Source: a virus. From it: DNA of 64,000 nucleotides. Position 1 is the stretch's first letter. Each line of letters begins with the position of its first letter. Positions 9,840-19,542 of the stretch are shown piece by piece. The stretch lies in the IMG/VR virus record IMGVR_UViG_3300047489_000453, positions 72,788 through 136,787 of that record; one strand, 5' to 3'. A program made the translations under genes and the position numbers. The notes beneath the pieces were generated by a model that worked only from the letters and a program-made list of their open reading frames with translations, did no database searches and was not told the DNA's origin.

Positions 9840-11474
9840 TTAAATTCCTATTGTTCCGAGGGCTTTTTCATACCAAGGTTTTTCTTCGTCTGAATGGAGT
9901 AGCGGAAGCGCTTCTCTAAGATATTCAGGCTTCAGTAAACCATACTCTTTTAATACTTTAGCAGTAGCCAATAAGTTTCTATTGTAGCGTGAAGCGCCTA
10001 AGTGGCCCATACCGGCCCCTGTCAAGCCGCCCATAGCTGCAAGGCCTAACGACTTACCTAGCCCCTGCCCTGTGTACTTACCGGCTACCCCGCCTGCAGC
10101 AGCTCCTACAAGTCCTTTAATGATAGACTCAGCCTTTGGGCTTCTCTTCATTTCTGAGAACTCATAGCCTTCGTCTTTCTTATCAGCCAACTGCTTGATC
10201 ATGTCGTTAAATGTTCCTCTGGAAAGACCGGCTGATTCCAAGGTATCAGTAGGGTCAACCAAGGCCCTGGCTTGATGGAACATGGACAAAGCGTTGGACA
10301 TCTGCTGCGGGCCAGTACCTCTAGCAACAGAGCCTAAGTCCCTAAAGGCCGCTGTCTTAGCCAGATTTGCTCCAAACTTAGCCGCATTAAGGTACCTGTT
10401 ATTGGACATGATTGTTTCCTTATTTAAAGTATCCGCAGCTTTGGCCATTGGCTTTTTAGCTTTTGGCTTTTTCTTCTTTGCCTTTTCTTTTTCCCTAATA
10501 GCGTCCCTAAGCCTAGTAAGCTTTGTAAGGGCTAGTTCTTTGGGAATATTGTACTCTTTTGAATAAGCGTCGGCGTACTCGTCCAAGTAACTTTGTAAGG
10601 CCTTTTCATCTCCAAGAGATTTTCTACTGCCCAATGCCGAGCCTATAGAATAACCCAGCGGAGTTCCAATACCTTTTCCTACAACGTTACCAGTTAAGGC
10701 TCCTAGTATGCCGTAGCCTAGTGGCCCAGCCGGTGATCCTCCGCCGATTGCTGAGCCCTTCATGGCGCCCAATATACCGCCTCCAACTGTTCCAAGAGCG
10801 CCGCCTAAACTATGGCCCCAATAACTGCCAAGCCCCATAGGTTTGGTTCTAGCCGATTGCTCCAGGGTCTTTACTAAAAGATCTGGGTCAAGCTTTGTCT
10901 TGGCCGCGCCGCTTAGTAGTCTATCTTTGCCTTTGTTCCAGGCCGCATGTTCCATCCATAAAGTAGGCGCAAATCGCTGATATAGGCCAGCGAGTGCGCT
11001 TCTTACTTTATCCTCAGGATCGTATTCATTAAAGTCAGTAGCATGGCCCAGCTCGTGCATCAATACGCCTGGGTTTCCAGAAGGAAGCCATACCTCGTCG
11101 GGAGTGCTCCAGTAAGCGTCGCCAAGCTCCTGGGTGTGAAACTGCTCTTTAGGAAAGTATTTGTTTTTAGCTTTTTCATCTATGAACGGGTTTTGAAACG
11201 AGGCTTTATCTTCGTCAGACACCCTTGGGTTCATTTTGACGCGCTTTTCTAAGTCATCAAGACGTGAACCATGCAGGCCTATTCTAACGTTATTGAGCGC
11301 ATTATGGGTGGCGGCAGCCTCCATAGCTTTTCCGATAGCCTTAACTTGTTTAAGATTAATAGTGCCGCCTTCATTAGCTCCGCTACCTGTAGGCCAGGCT
11401 GGATCGTAGACAGGCATCTTATAGTGCTGATAAGCGTCTATGGCTTTTTTTATCATGTCTTGTACATTTGTCAT
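9840..11474 (-). CDS. Large protein with zincin-like HExxH motif and glycine zippers; internal leader and start at 10409
   Basis: GVLMHELGHATD followed by a downstream E; several GxxxG runs. Start reassigned to ATG 11474, which has GGAG upstream and avoids the overlap. Confidence 0.6.
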   Translation of the reverse strand: MTNVQDMIKKAIDAYQHYKMPVYDPAWPTGSGANEGGTINLKQVKAIGKAMEAAATHNALNNVRIGLHGSRLDDLEKRVKMNPRVSDEDKASFQNPFIDEKAKNKYFPKEQFHTQELGDAYWSTPDEVWLPSGNPGVLMHELGHATDFNEYDPEDKVRSALAGLYQRFAPTLWMEHAAWNKGKDRLLSGAAKTKLDPDLLVKTLEQSARTKPMGLGSYWGHSLGGALGTVGGGILGAMKGSAIGGGSPAGPLGYGILGALTGNVVGKGIGTPLGYSIGSALGSRKSLGDEKALQSYLDEYADAYSKEYNIPKELALTKLTRLRDAIREKEKAKKKKPKAKKPMAKAADTLNKETIMSNNRYLNAAKFGANLAKTAAFRDLGSVARGTGPQQMSNALSMFHQARALVDPTDTLESAGLSRGTFNDMIKQLADKKDEGYEFSEMKRSPKAESIIKGLVGAAAGGVAGKYTGQGLGKSLGLAAMGGLTGAGMGHLGASRYNRNLLATAKVLKEYGLLKPEYLREALPLLHSDEEKPWYEKALGTIGI

Positions 11475-11475
11475 T

Positions 11476-12795
11476 TTAGGCGCTCTCCTCCACTCTTCTT
11501 TTCTTACCAAACTTTTTATCGACAAGTTTGTTAACTCCCTCAATATCAGAGGGGTCCATGTCGTAAATTTCTTTTTTAGCTATTCCAAGGTTTATAAGAT
11601 CCTTAGTCGGCCTGCTAGTTAAAAATGGGCCGCCCCATTCTGGGTGCAGGTGAGTGGCTTTGAGCCCAGTGTACGAGTCTTCTGAGACATGTTTATTTAA
11701 CAAATTAGCCGCTAATAGGGCTGCATAGTCGCCAAAGTTGTATTGCTTATCAAACTTGCGACCGCCTCTAACGTGATCAAGGGAGCCGCCTAAGTTGTCA
11801 AAGACTGAACTAGCGGCATAATTTAAATAATTTCCTGGAACTTCAGCCGGGTCGTCAACGAATAACCTTGTTAGAAACCTTGGTTCCTTATTTCTAACTA
11901 TACCAGTTGGCCATATTTTGCTTGAATCGCCGCCTATGCCGTTAATTTTTAAAGGCAGGTCGACAGCCATCATAAGCTGTTTTGGTGTTATATCCCTATA
12001 AAACAAACCAGCTCTTTTATTAAAGCTAGGAGCAAACGGACTATTCAAAGAGAAGCCGTTTGAATACAGGTCGTTATAGGCATTCATGTGATGAATGTCG
12101 TTTAGTCTGCTTATTGCTCTTAGCTTTCTCATAGACTCGTCCCTGTTATATACAGGGTCAGACAAAAGGTCTCGCTTGGTAGCCCCCTGAGGAAGCCTTA
12201 GCATTAAATCTTTTATTCCTTCGTTCTGGGCTTTTCTAGAGAAGTAACCGCCTATACCTGTTAGCCCGCCAAGACCTAACCCGCCTATAAGAGAGGCCCC
12301 AAGAATTTTATTAAGATTAGTATCTTGAAGCTGTGAGCCCAGTGCGGCTCCGCCTAAAGATCCTGCGAGAGCGCCACCTAGGCCGTGAAGTAAGGCGCCT
12401 TTAGCTGGGCTGGAAAGAAGTTCCTGGGCTGGAGTGCCGTAAGACGAGAAAATACGCGGAAACCATCTAGATTCCCCCTCCTGCATTTTCTTTTTATCTT
12501 CTTCAGTAATGTCCCTTCGCTCGGCTACTGGCATGTTTTCTTGGACGGCCAGGTTCTTTATACCGTAAGCGCTTGCCCATTTATAAGACAAGTTAAACGG
12601 CTTATAGCCTGCAGCGCTGACATGGGTGCGCCTGGCAAGATCTGACTTTCTAAGGTTTTTGGGCATCCTGACTGGTTTTTTGGACTCATGCTGCCCTTCT
12701 TCCTTGTCGTCTTCCTCTTCGTCTTTTTTAACTTCTTCCGCAGCTGCTTTTCCAAGATACCTTGCGAACTCGGCTGCCTCGTTAAACCTATCCAT
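11476..12795 (-). CDS. Leader-bearing glycine-zipper protein
   Basis: Begins MDRFNEAAEFARYLGKAAA; GLGGALAGSLGGAALG. Confidence 0.6.
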   Translation of the reverse strand: MDRFNEAAEFARYLGKAAAEEVKKDEEEDDKEEGQHESKKPVRMPKNLRKSDLARRTHVSAAGYKPFNLSYKWASAYGIKNLAVQENMPVAERRDITEEDKKKMQEGESRWFPRIFSSYGTPAQELLSSPAKGALLHGLGGALAGSLGGAALGSQLQDTNLNKILGASLIGGLGLGGLTGIGGYFSRKAQNEGIKDLMLRLPQGATKRDLLSDPVYNRDESMRKLRAISRLNDIHHMNAYNDLYSNGFSLNSPFAPSFNKRAGLFYRDITPKQLMMAVDLPLKINGIGGDSSKIWPTGIVRNKEPRFLTRLFVDDPAEVPGNYLNYAASSVFDNLGGSLDHVRGGRKFDKQYNFGDYAALLAANLLNKHVSEDSYTGLKATHLHPEWGGPFLTSRPTKDLINLGIAKKEIYDMDPSDIEGVNKLVDKKFGKKRRVEESA

Positions 12796-12813
12796 GGTTA
12801 TCTCCGGTTAAAA

Positions 12814-14070
12814 TTAGGCCATTCCAATTCCTGGTGCAGCCTGGTCTCCCTTGACGATTGATAATATCTGCATGATGGCTTTCTTTTTTAAGTCATCACT
12901 ATTAAGTAACATGGGCATAATCCGCCTTAGAGCGTCTGTCTTTCTAGGATACCTGTCACTCATATAGTAATCTAATACCTTCTGTGCGTCAGCTGGAGTA
13001 GCTACTGGTTTTCCAAGATCTTTAGAGTAATAGCGTTTGGCTTCGCTAAGGTGGGCACCCCATTCAGAAGGATTTCCAACATATTTTGCGGTAGTATCAA
13101 ACTCGCTTGGAGACATATTTATCTTTTTTAAAAATTTTTTCATTACTTCGATTTGAGGTTCGCTTATGATCTGAGTCATATTTGTCGAATCGGCAGGCCC
13201 AAACGCAGCGTGGGTCATCTCGTGCCCCAGTATAGAGTACCTGTCTTTTGCGTCAGGATTTAATACAACGTCCCCATAACTACTGAATGGTCGTCTAGGA
13301 GCGGCTCCTCCTAGGTTCTCTCTGCTAACTTTACCTCCATAGGTTGATCGGCCAGAATTGACTATCTTTATCATCTTGTCGATGTCGCTACCTTTACTGC
13401 TTATGTTAATAGGGGCGTCGAGGTCTTTTTGATTAAAAGTAACTAGGCCTAGCTTTTTAGCATCGTCTCTGTACTTTTCGGCATTTTCAACGGCCTTGTC
13501 AAATCCGCCCTCTGTGTCTTTGTAAAAAGGACTTACCACTTCTCTTAAAGAGGCCTTGGCCGAAGTCTCATCTGGAAACTTGAATCTATTTAGTTCGTTA
13601 ATCAGGCTAGTGCTAGCCACTTGCCTTTTGTCTTTTGATGGTGGCTGATATGTAGTTTCGCCAGGATTTCTGTTTGGTTGTTGGGGAGTGCTGCCGCCTC
13701 TGGCCTGCCCTAAAGAAAGTAAAGATTTACGCAACGAAGGCACGACTCCTACAGCTCCGCCTATACCGGCGCCTGTAAGACCTCGACTAAGTGCTTCTCG
13801 AAGTCTTGACTTATCTTTCATTTCGTAGACAGGATCACCATCCTTGTCATACATTGGCTTGCCTTTTTTATCCTTCTTCTGAACATATTCAGATCTAGGA
13901 AACAAGGCTCCATACAAAGCGCCAACAGGCCCACCGATAGAGGCACCTATGCCTGCCCCTCTAAGAGGGCTTTCGTCCATATTTAAATCCCCAAACCTGT
14001 GAGCCAACCCTACTATGGGGGCTATTAGTTTAGGAAGAGGCGCAGCGGACTTGTTGTGACCTTTGTTCAT
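12814..14070 (-). CDS. Glycine-zipper protein with zincin-like HExxH motif
   Basis: GAGIGASIGGPVGALYG; ILGHEMTHAA...PSEWGAHLSE. Confidence 0.6.
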   Translation of the reverse strand: MNKGHNKSAAPLPKLIAPIVGLAHRFGDLNMDESPLRGAGIGASIGGPVGALYGALFPRSEYVQKKDKKGKPMYDKDGDPVYEMKDKSRLREALSRGLTGAGIGGAVGVVPSLRKSLLSLGQARGGSTPQQPNRNPGETTYQPPSKDKRQVASTSLINELNRFKFPDETSAKASLREVVSPFYKDTEGGFDKAVENAEKYRDDAKKLGLVTFNQKDLDAPINISSKGSDIDKMIKIVNSGRSTYGGKVSRENLGGAAPRRPFSSYGDVVLNPDAKDRYSILGHEMTHAAFGPADSTNMTQIISEPQIEVMKKFLKKINMSPSEFDTTAKYVGNPSEWGAHLSEAKRYYSKDLGKPVATPADAQKVLDYYMSDRYPRKTDALRRIMPMLLNSDDLKKKAIMQILSIVKGDQAAPGIGMA

Positions 14071-14081
14071 TTGCCTATACC

Positions 14082-14495
14082 TTAAAACAACTTCTTAGGA
14101 GTTTTACTTTCAATAACAGGAGACTTAGCCGGTAAAGGCTGTTCCTGGGGTAACTTTATATTAGACCAATCTATATCCTTTGGCGCCATACTACCTTGCG
14201 GAGTAAACGTAGCCCCTGGCTGGATTACGCCGTCTTTCATTATGGCCTTGGTAGTACCCGGACCAGTAGCACCTGCTGCCGCCCTGGCTGCTTGACCTTT
14301 TCTATATAGTTCCTGCCTAGTTTTATATATGTCGTTTTCTCTCCAGGTATAAGCCTTTCCATCTTCTGGCTTAGGCCTTGGTAGAGTTTCTGGAGTATAT
14401 CTAGGCATATATGGCGGGCCTGCTAACTCTAATGGAGCGCCTGCGGCTTTTCCCATTCTTGCTCCAAAGCTTGCCGCTTTTTGAAATCTATTCAT
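14082..14495 (-). CDS. Hypothetical protein with shared N-terminal leader
   Basis: Begins MNRFQKAASFGARMGKAAG. Confidence 0.6.
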   Translation of the reverse strand: MNRFQKAASFGARMGKAAGAPLELAGPPYMPRYTPETLPRPKPEDGKAYTWRENDIYKTRQELYRKGQAARAAAGATGPGTTKAIMKDGVIQPGATFTPQGSMAPKDIDWSNIKLPQEQPLPAKSPVIESKTPKKLF

Positions 14496-14497
14496 AA

Positions 14498-14752
14498 TTA
14501 CTCATTCCTAGTAAAAACGTAAGTAATAAAGGATACCACTATTAACAACAGGCCTATGGGGGCTGTGAAGAAAAACCATAAAAAAGGCAATGCCGCCCCA
14601 GCTGATTTGTCGTTGGCTGGTAAATTCCATATGGCTGCAAAATAGGCTTCTGCTCTGCTTGGACTAATAAAGAAAGCCGGTAACGGCCAGCAAATTCCGT
14701 AGATTCCGGCTAATAGTAGTATGACTGCAAATATATGGGCGTATAACTTCAT
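14498..14752 (-). CDS. Small two-TM membrane protein (holin-like candidate)
   Basis: Two long hydrophobic stretches in 84 aa. Confidence 0.5.
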   Translation of the reverse strand: MKLYAHIFAVILLLAGIYGICWPLPAFFISPSRAEAYFAAIWNLPANDKSAGAALPFLWFFFTAPIGLLLIVVSFITYVFTRNE

Positions 14753-14760
14753 TTGTTTCC

Positions 14761-15183
14761 CTAAGCAGCGTCATGAATTCTTGGTTGTATGCCGTTAACT
14801 TCCTGTTCAAACAACTTTCTTTTAAGTCCTATAATCTCTTCTTCCAGCTGAATGACTCTCTTTCTAAGTTCATCATTCTCTTTTCTACAGTTACGTCTGT
14901 CATTCTGCAGTTCTTCCATGTCTTTTTTCAAGTCCACTATCTCGTTTCTAATAAAATCGTGCATGGACTTGGTAGTTTCAACTATCATTCGATACTCTTC
15001 AAATATGGTGTCGTGCTCCTTATGCTCCATTCTTTGCTGCTGAAGATTGAGCTTTTGCAGCTCAACCTCCGCAGTCTTTGATGTCTTTAACTTATTTATG
15101 TAAATCATAGATACGGCGCCAGCGATTGAGCCGATGGCGCCTATGATGATGCTAACTGCTGACAGGGCTATTTCAAAACTCAT
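14761..15183 (-). CDS. N-terminal TM plus coiled-coil protein (holin/spanin-like candidate)
   Basis: Hydrophobic N-terminus followed by a charged heptad region. Confidence 0.5.
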   Translation of the reverse strand: MSFEIALSAVSIIIGAIGSIAGAVSMIYINKLKTSKTAEVELQKLNLQQQRMEHKEHDTIFEEYRMIVETTKSMHDFIRNEIVDLKKDMEELQNDRRNCRKENDELRKRVIQLEEEIIGLKRKLFEQEVNGIQPRIHDAA

Positions 15184-15185
15184 AG

Positions 15186-16001
15186 TTATCTCCCTGGGTT
15201 AGTTAGGTTTAGAGTGTTTCTAGAAATAGGATCAGGAGCTGGGGCGGGTCCTGGGTTAGTAGAATTTATAACAGCCTGGGATATAGGAGCAGTATCGCCT
15301 GAAGATTGAGCCGATGCAACCACTTGTGGCTTGGGTATAGTAGCTCCATAAGCATTTAACTTACTCAAAATTTCGGCCTGTCTTGCCTTCATCTTGGCAA
15401 GCGTAGCTTTAAGATCCTTTAGTTGATTGTTAAGTGAATCTATTTCTTTCTTGCTAAGGTTCCTTGTGGCCCTGCCGTTGATGGCTCTATCCATTTGATT
15501 AATTTGCGCTTCTGTAGCTGGGATTTGCTTTTTGATATTAGCCAATTCAGATTGAAGGGCCGCTATATCTGCAGGCACCCCTGAGGAACCTCCGCCGCCA
15601 GAAGACGCACTGTTCTTGGCGGCATTATATTCTTTGTTGAGGACTACTAAAATGTCGGTGTACTTCTTTGATACGGAGTTAAGTTGGTCTTTACGTGGCC
15701 TGTACTGCTTTTCAAACGACTGAACCAGCTCAACCGCGCCTTTTACAGCAGGGTCCGCTAGCACCTTTTTAATGTCAGTAACTCCGGCTGCAGCGTACTT
15801 GTCCAAGGTTGCTTTATATATAAGGTTGTAAGTCGATACTGAGTTCTCGTAATTAAACTTGAGAAATAACAAATTATCCAAATCCCTGGCTGCGGCTTCA
15901 ACCTGACTTACGGTCTTATTGCCAATACGGCCTTTCATGAACTTGTACGAGTCAAGTCCCTGTAAGGCAGTCATAGTAGGGGAATAAGGAATAGCGGCCA
16001 T
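15186..16001 (-). CDS. Coiled-coil hypothetical protein with conserved C-terminal tail
   Basis: Ends PDPISRNTLNLTNPGR. Confidence 0.65.
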   Translation of the reverse strand: MAAIPYSPTMTALQGLDSYKFMKGRIGNKTVSQVEAAARDLDNLLFLKFNYENSVSTYNLIYKATLDKYAAAGVTDIKKVLADPAVKGAVELVQSFEKQYRPRKDQLNSVSKKYTDILVVLNKEYNAAKNSASSGGGGSSGVPADIAALQSELANIKKQIPATEAQINQMDRAINGRATRNLSKKEIDSLNNQLKDLKATLAKMKARQAEILSKLNAYGATIPKPQVVASAQSSGDTAPISQAVINSTNPGPAPAPDPISRNTLNLTNPGR

Positions 16002-16044
16002 CTTAGCTCCTTGCGCTTAGCGCTTATGATATAGGTCAAATCAA

Positions 16045-17010
16045 CTATCTTCTTGCTGGGTTAGTTAGATTTTTTACATTGTTTGAAATGGGGTCAGGTT
16101 TAGCTGGCTTTGGAGGATTAGTCTGAGCTATTACTGCAGATGACGGCTTTAAAGCGGCATTCTTTGTAGGAGCCGGTTTTGGAATAGGCCTGCTCTTCAA
16201 AGACTTAGCCGCTATCGCGAGAGCCCCTTTGACTTGATCGAGGGTGGCTTCTTTAGGCAGCTCTCTTGCTATTTTAGACAGGTCTGTATTTGATAGCTTG
16301 TTTCCATCAGGCACAAGGGTAGCTGCCAGGCCAAGAGTGGTTAGATTCCAAACCAATTGCTTAGACGCCAATCCATTATTCAATACGTTGGTTATATTGC
16401 CCGGAGTAAATGAGTCTTTGTTTACTTTGTTTGGATTGGTCAAGTCTTTTAAAGAATTCTGATAGTTAAAGGCTGCTTGTGCTTCTTGTCTGGCGCCAGC
16501 TACGGCCACGTCGTTGGCCGCCCTGGCATCAGCTACTATTGAACCCATTACTTGGTCAGGAGATGGAAGTGGAGATTGATTTGGATTGTTAGGGCTTTTG
16601 TAGTTGTTAATAGTAGACTGGGAGTTGAATATGTCCTTATTGTATTTTGTTATCTTGGCGTTGAAATCAGCTTCTGCCTGCCCTGGGTCGCCAATATAGC
16701 CGCCCGCAGATCCAGCAGATTTTAGCTTTCCGCCGTTTCTTATCACTATGGCTTTCCACTTATCTACCTCTAATTGAAGTTTTGTATAAGTAGCAAAGCT
16801 ATAACCAGGCGCTCTTTGGTCAGGGTTAGCTACTTTAAAGTCCGCCAAAGCCTTGTAAGCGTTGTTATAAGACGTGGCTATTGATGTATAGTACTTTATT
16901 CTTTCGTTGGCTATTACGATAATATTGTTTGCTCTGATTACGGTAGTCGGGGCGCCTGAGAACCCTGCTGCTGGTTTGTCGACGTCTATTCCTTCATATA
17001 TAAAAGCCAT
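16045..17010 (-). CDS. Hypothetical protein with conserved C-terminal tail
   Basis: Ends PDPISNNVKNLTNPARR. Confidence 0.65.
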   Translation of the reverse strand: MAFIYEGIDVDKPAAGFSGAPTTVIRANNIIVIANERIKYYTSIATSYNNAYKALADFKVANPDQRAPGYSFATYTKLQLEVDKWKAIVIRNGGKLKSAGSAGGYIGDPGQAEADFNAKITKYNKDIFNSQSTINNYKSPNNPNQSPLPSPDQVMGSIVADARAANDVAVAGARQEAQAAFNYQNSLKDLTNPNKVNKDSFTPGNITNVLNNGLASKQLVWNLTTLGLAATLVPDGNKLSNTDLSKIARELPKEATLDQVKGALAIAAKSLKSRPIPKPAPTKNAALKPSSAVIAQTNPPKPAKPDPISNNVKNLTNPARR

Positions 17011-17034
17011 TTTTAAATTACCCCATATAAAATT

Positions 17035-17050
17035 GTGGAGACGTCTCCAA
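17035..17050. repeat. Dispersed 16-bp palindrome copy (15/16)
   Basis: GTGGAGACGTCTCCAA, intergenic. Confidence 0.85.
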
Positions 17051-17108
17051 AAATAAAGGCCCTGCGGTAATTTTACACGCAGAGCCTTAGTAATTAAAGC
17101 AATATTTA

Positions 17109-17573
17109 CTAATCCATGTCATCCGACGTGAACAATATCTCAGGGCACTTCTCGGAAAGCATCATTACGTCGTATTCAGTAGGGTAGTGTCTGAGGGCTG
17201 ACCTTATTAGTTCTTTAGTTTCGTCCGTTATTACATCTTCTGATCGATCATTTATAAGAAGATTGGTAAGAAGCGTTCTAGCAAAGTTTATACTTCTTGC
17301 CCTTTCAAACGGTAAGGTCATATGAAAATCCTCAGCCTGATCCCATTCGACGTCACACCTGTTTACTTCCAAGATCTTATCAATTAACGACTTAAGTTTA
17401 TCAGGATCATTGTTCATAAGAGTGTTAACCTGAAGTTCCCTCGGATCCCCTCCCCGAGGACCTACGGCTACTGTGAGCTCAGGGCAAGTAATATGAGTGT
17501 AAACTGCCCACTCCGCCTGCCGCATCTCGAAGCTTTCGCCATGATGCGGGTACCTTAGCGACGATAAAGGCAT
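17109..17573 (-). CDS. Hypothetical protein, C-terminal half BPSL0761-like
   Basis: MTLPFERARS...IRSALRHYP resembles the small phage BPSL0761 family. Confidence 0.5.
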   Translation of the reverse strand: MPLSSLRYPHHGESFEMRQAEWAVYTHITCPELTVAVGPRGGDPRELQVNTLMNNDPDKLKSLIDKILEVNRCDVEWDQAEDFHMTLPFERARSINFARTLLTNLLINDRSEDVITDETKELIRSALRHYPTEYDVMMLSEKCPEILFTSDDMD

Positions 17574-17662
17574 CCTGCCACGCCGCTCCTAACCAGCTGA
17601 CACTCTCAGCTAAACTTCAGGTCAACGGCGGTATTCTATAGTATTGGCTGTCTTTGTCTATA

Positions 17663-18388
17663 CTATTCTTCGTTTTCGTCTTCTATCTCGTCTGTACTGG
17701 CAAAGTATATCTTTATCTCTTTTATGATATCCAGGCGGTTTAAAGACGGAAACAACATAAACAAAGCGTCTCTGACTTTACTTGGATTAGGCGTTATCTG
17801 GCACATATCCGGGTCGTTATCGGCTATGTGCATGGTTATTTGAAGAAATGGTGGCTTTTCGCCGTCGTAGTCGTCCTCATATTCGTCAGAGTTATCTTCG
17901 TATATTACGGCGTCTTCGCTATCACTATCGCTATCGCTGTCACTGTCATAAGATGACTCGTAACCCAAAGCCTCAAAGCTGGCTTCAAAGTTTTCGTCTG
18001 AGTCAGAGGATGAATCTGAGTCAGACTCGCTCTCCCATGTACCCCAGGGCTTCTCCTCGTCAGCAAATATGTCGTCGCTTACTTCTTCGCTTTCTTTATT
18101 TACCTTGGGTTCTCTAACTTTTACCGTGTGCATAAACAACGGACCAAATCCACCTGACTTTGACTTCTCTACTAGTTTAGTAAAGTATTCGTTAAGAGCC
18201 TCTTTTGACTCAAACCCCATTTCGGCAATGATGTCTATCATTATGAAGGTGTCGTAGACAGGCAGGAACTCGTCGTTAGGCGCCGTTACAACACCTACTA
18301 GGGCTCTGTCGTATCCTTCTATAAGAGATATCTTTGGATAAAGGCCTTTTAACTCTTCGGCCGTAAGTTTTTTATTGCTTTCAAACAT
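17663..18388 (-). CDS. Acidic hypothetical phage protein with SD repeats
   Basis: GYDRALVGV...PVYD N-terminal domain; long D/E/S tract. Confidence 0.65.
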   Translation of the reverse strand: MFESNKKLTAEELKGLYPKISLIEGYDRALVGVVTAPNDEFLPVYDTFIMIDIIAEMGFESKEALNEYFTKLVEKSKSGGFGPLFMHTVKVREPKVNKESEEVSDDIFADEEKPWGTWESESDSDSSSDSDENFEASFEALGYESSYDSDSDSDSDSEDAVIYEDNSDEYEDDYDGEKPPFLQITMHIADNDPDMCQITPNPSKVRDALFMLFPSLNRLDIIKEIKIYFASTDEIEDENEE

Positions 18389-18633
18389 AATGTCACCACA
18401 AATTATGAAGTGTAATTATCTTGATTAAGTTGTATTACTTACCGGCTGCTAAATCAACCATAAGTGGAAGCTAATCCACTATTTTGTCTAATAAAAGTAT
18501 ACTGCAGTTATTCTTATTTTTAAGAATCTATTCTCACTTTTAAGAAACGGGTCGTAAATTTGTAAATTTTACGTAAGTAGAAACGTAATAAGGACTTACG
18601 TCGAGTCGGGGTTTAAGGTAAAGGAAGTTTACC

Positions 18634-18921
18634 TTAAGCAGTAGGGGGTTGCAACTTATTTTTAGCTAAAAAAGGATTATCTTCTTTATCACCTAACTGC
18701 TTCTGTGTCATAGGGTTAGGTGATATATTCTTATAATTGAGAATAGATGGTTTCATTTTTTTATTATTAGAACCAACATAGCCCAGATTACCCATGGCTG
18801 ACTTAACAGCTGGACCGCCTTTAGTACAGTTACAGAAGTCATAACCTGTCAGTAGGGTTAATATTTTTTTAACAGCTTCTAATTTATCGTTATTAGCCAT
18901 GATTCTACCTTGATGATACAA
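18634..18921 (-). CDS. Hypothetical protein
   Basis: ORF in operon. Confidence 0.45.
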   Translation of the reverse strand: MYHQGRIMANNDKLEAVKKILTLLTGYDFCNCTKGGPAVKSAMGNLGYVGSNNKKMKPSILNYKNISPNPMTQKQLGDKEDNPFLAKNKLQPPTA

Positions 18922-19147
18922 ATGGGGTCATTTTGCCGTTATCCAATACAACTTTATCAGAGGCGTGTTCAGCGCAAAAGTCTAAGAATGACTCGAAGTG
19001 ATTCTTAATATTGATAATATCCATGTCAGACAGGCTTGTGTCAGCCTTGATCCTTGCTGATATAAAGTCATCAACAAGAGTCTCTACAAAAGATTCATAC
19101 TGATCACCTGTAAACAACCTAAGATTGGGTCGCTTTGACATAGACAT
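18905..19147 (-). CDS. Hypothetical protein
   Basis: ORF coupled to upstream gene. Confidence 0.55.
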   Translation of the reverse strand: MSMSKRPNLRLFTGDQYESFVETLVDDFISARIKADTSLSDMDIINIKNHFESFLDFCAEHASDKVVLDNGKMTPFVSSR

Positions 19148-19524
19148 TACTTACCCCCTGTAATAGGTGCTGATGTATCAATTTGATTCTCTGTCCTAGG
19201 TGAGGCCAGCATCTCAGTTGGACCCATGACATTGATAGATACAGATGGTGACGTAATAGTGCTGGACTTATTAAAAGGAATCTTCTCGCCTGTGGATAAT
19301 ATGACAGCTATGCCTGTATCAATATACTCCATGGCTACAACAGGTTTTTGGCTGATAAGTTCCTTTGACGATTTGATAAAATCAATCACTACTTTATTTG
19401 TTGCGTCGTCTGGATTGCTCTTATCCTTCCAATTCGTATATAGCCAGGTAAGTAAATCAGGATCATCCTGGGTATACACATTGAACCCGACCGTGTTTTT
19501 AAGATACTGAGACATAGCTGACAT
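19147..19524 (-). CDS. Hypothetical protein
   Basis: 125-aa ORF. Confidence 0.6.
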   Translation of the reverse strand: MSAMSQYLKNTVGFNVYTQDDPDLLTWLYTNWKDKSNPDDATNKVVIDFIKSSKELISQKPVVAMEYIDTGIAVILSTGEKIPFNKSSTITSPSVSINVMGPTEMLASPRTENQIDTSAPITGGK

Positions 19525-19542
19525 ATGAAAGCCTTTCTAGTA

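Noticed and set aside
17910-18035. Hexamer tandem repeats (tcgcta/tcacta)
   Set aside because: Explained by Ser-Asp repeats in an acidic protein.
18464-18479. GTGGAAGCTAATCCAC as a palindrome copy (also 38230 and the half-site at 50370)
   Set aside because: 12/16 matches or fewer; compatible with chance.
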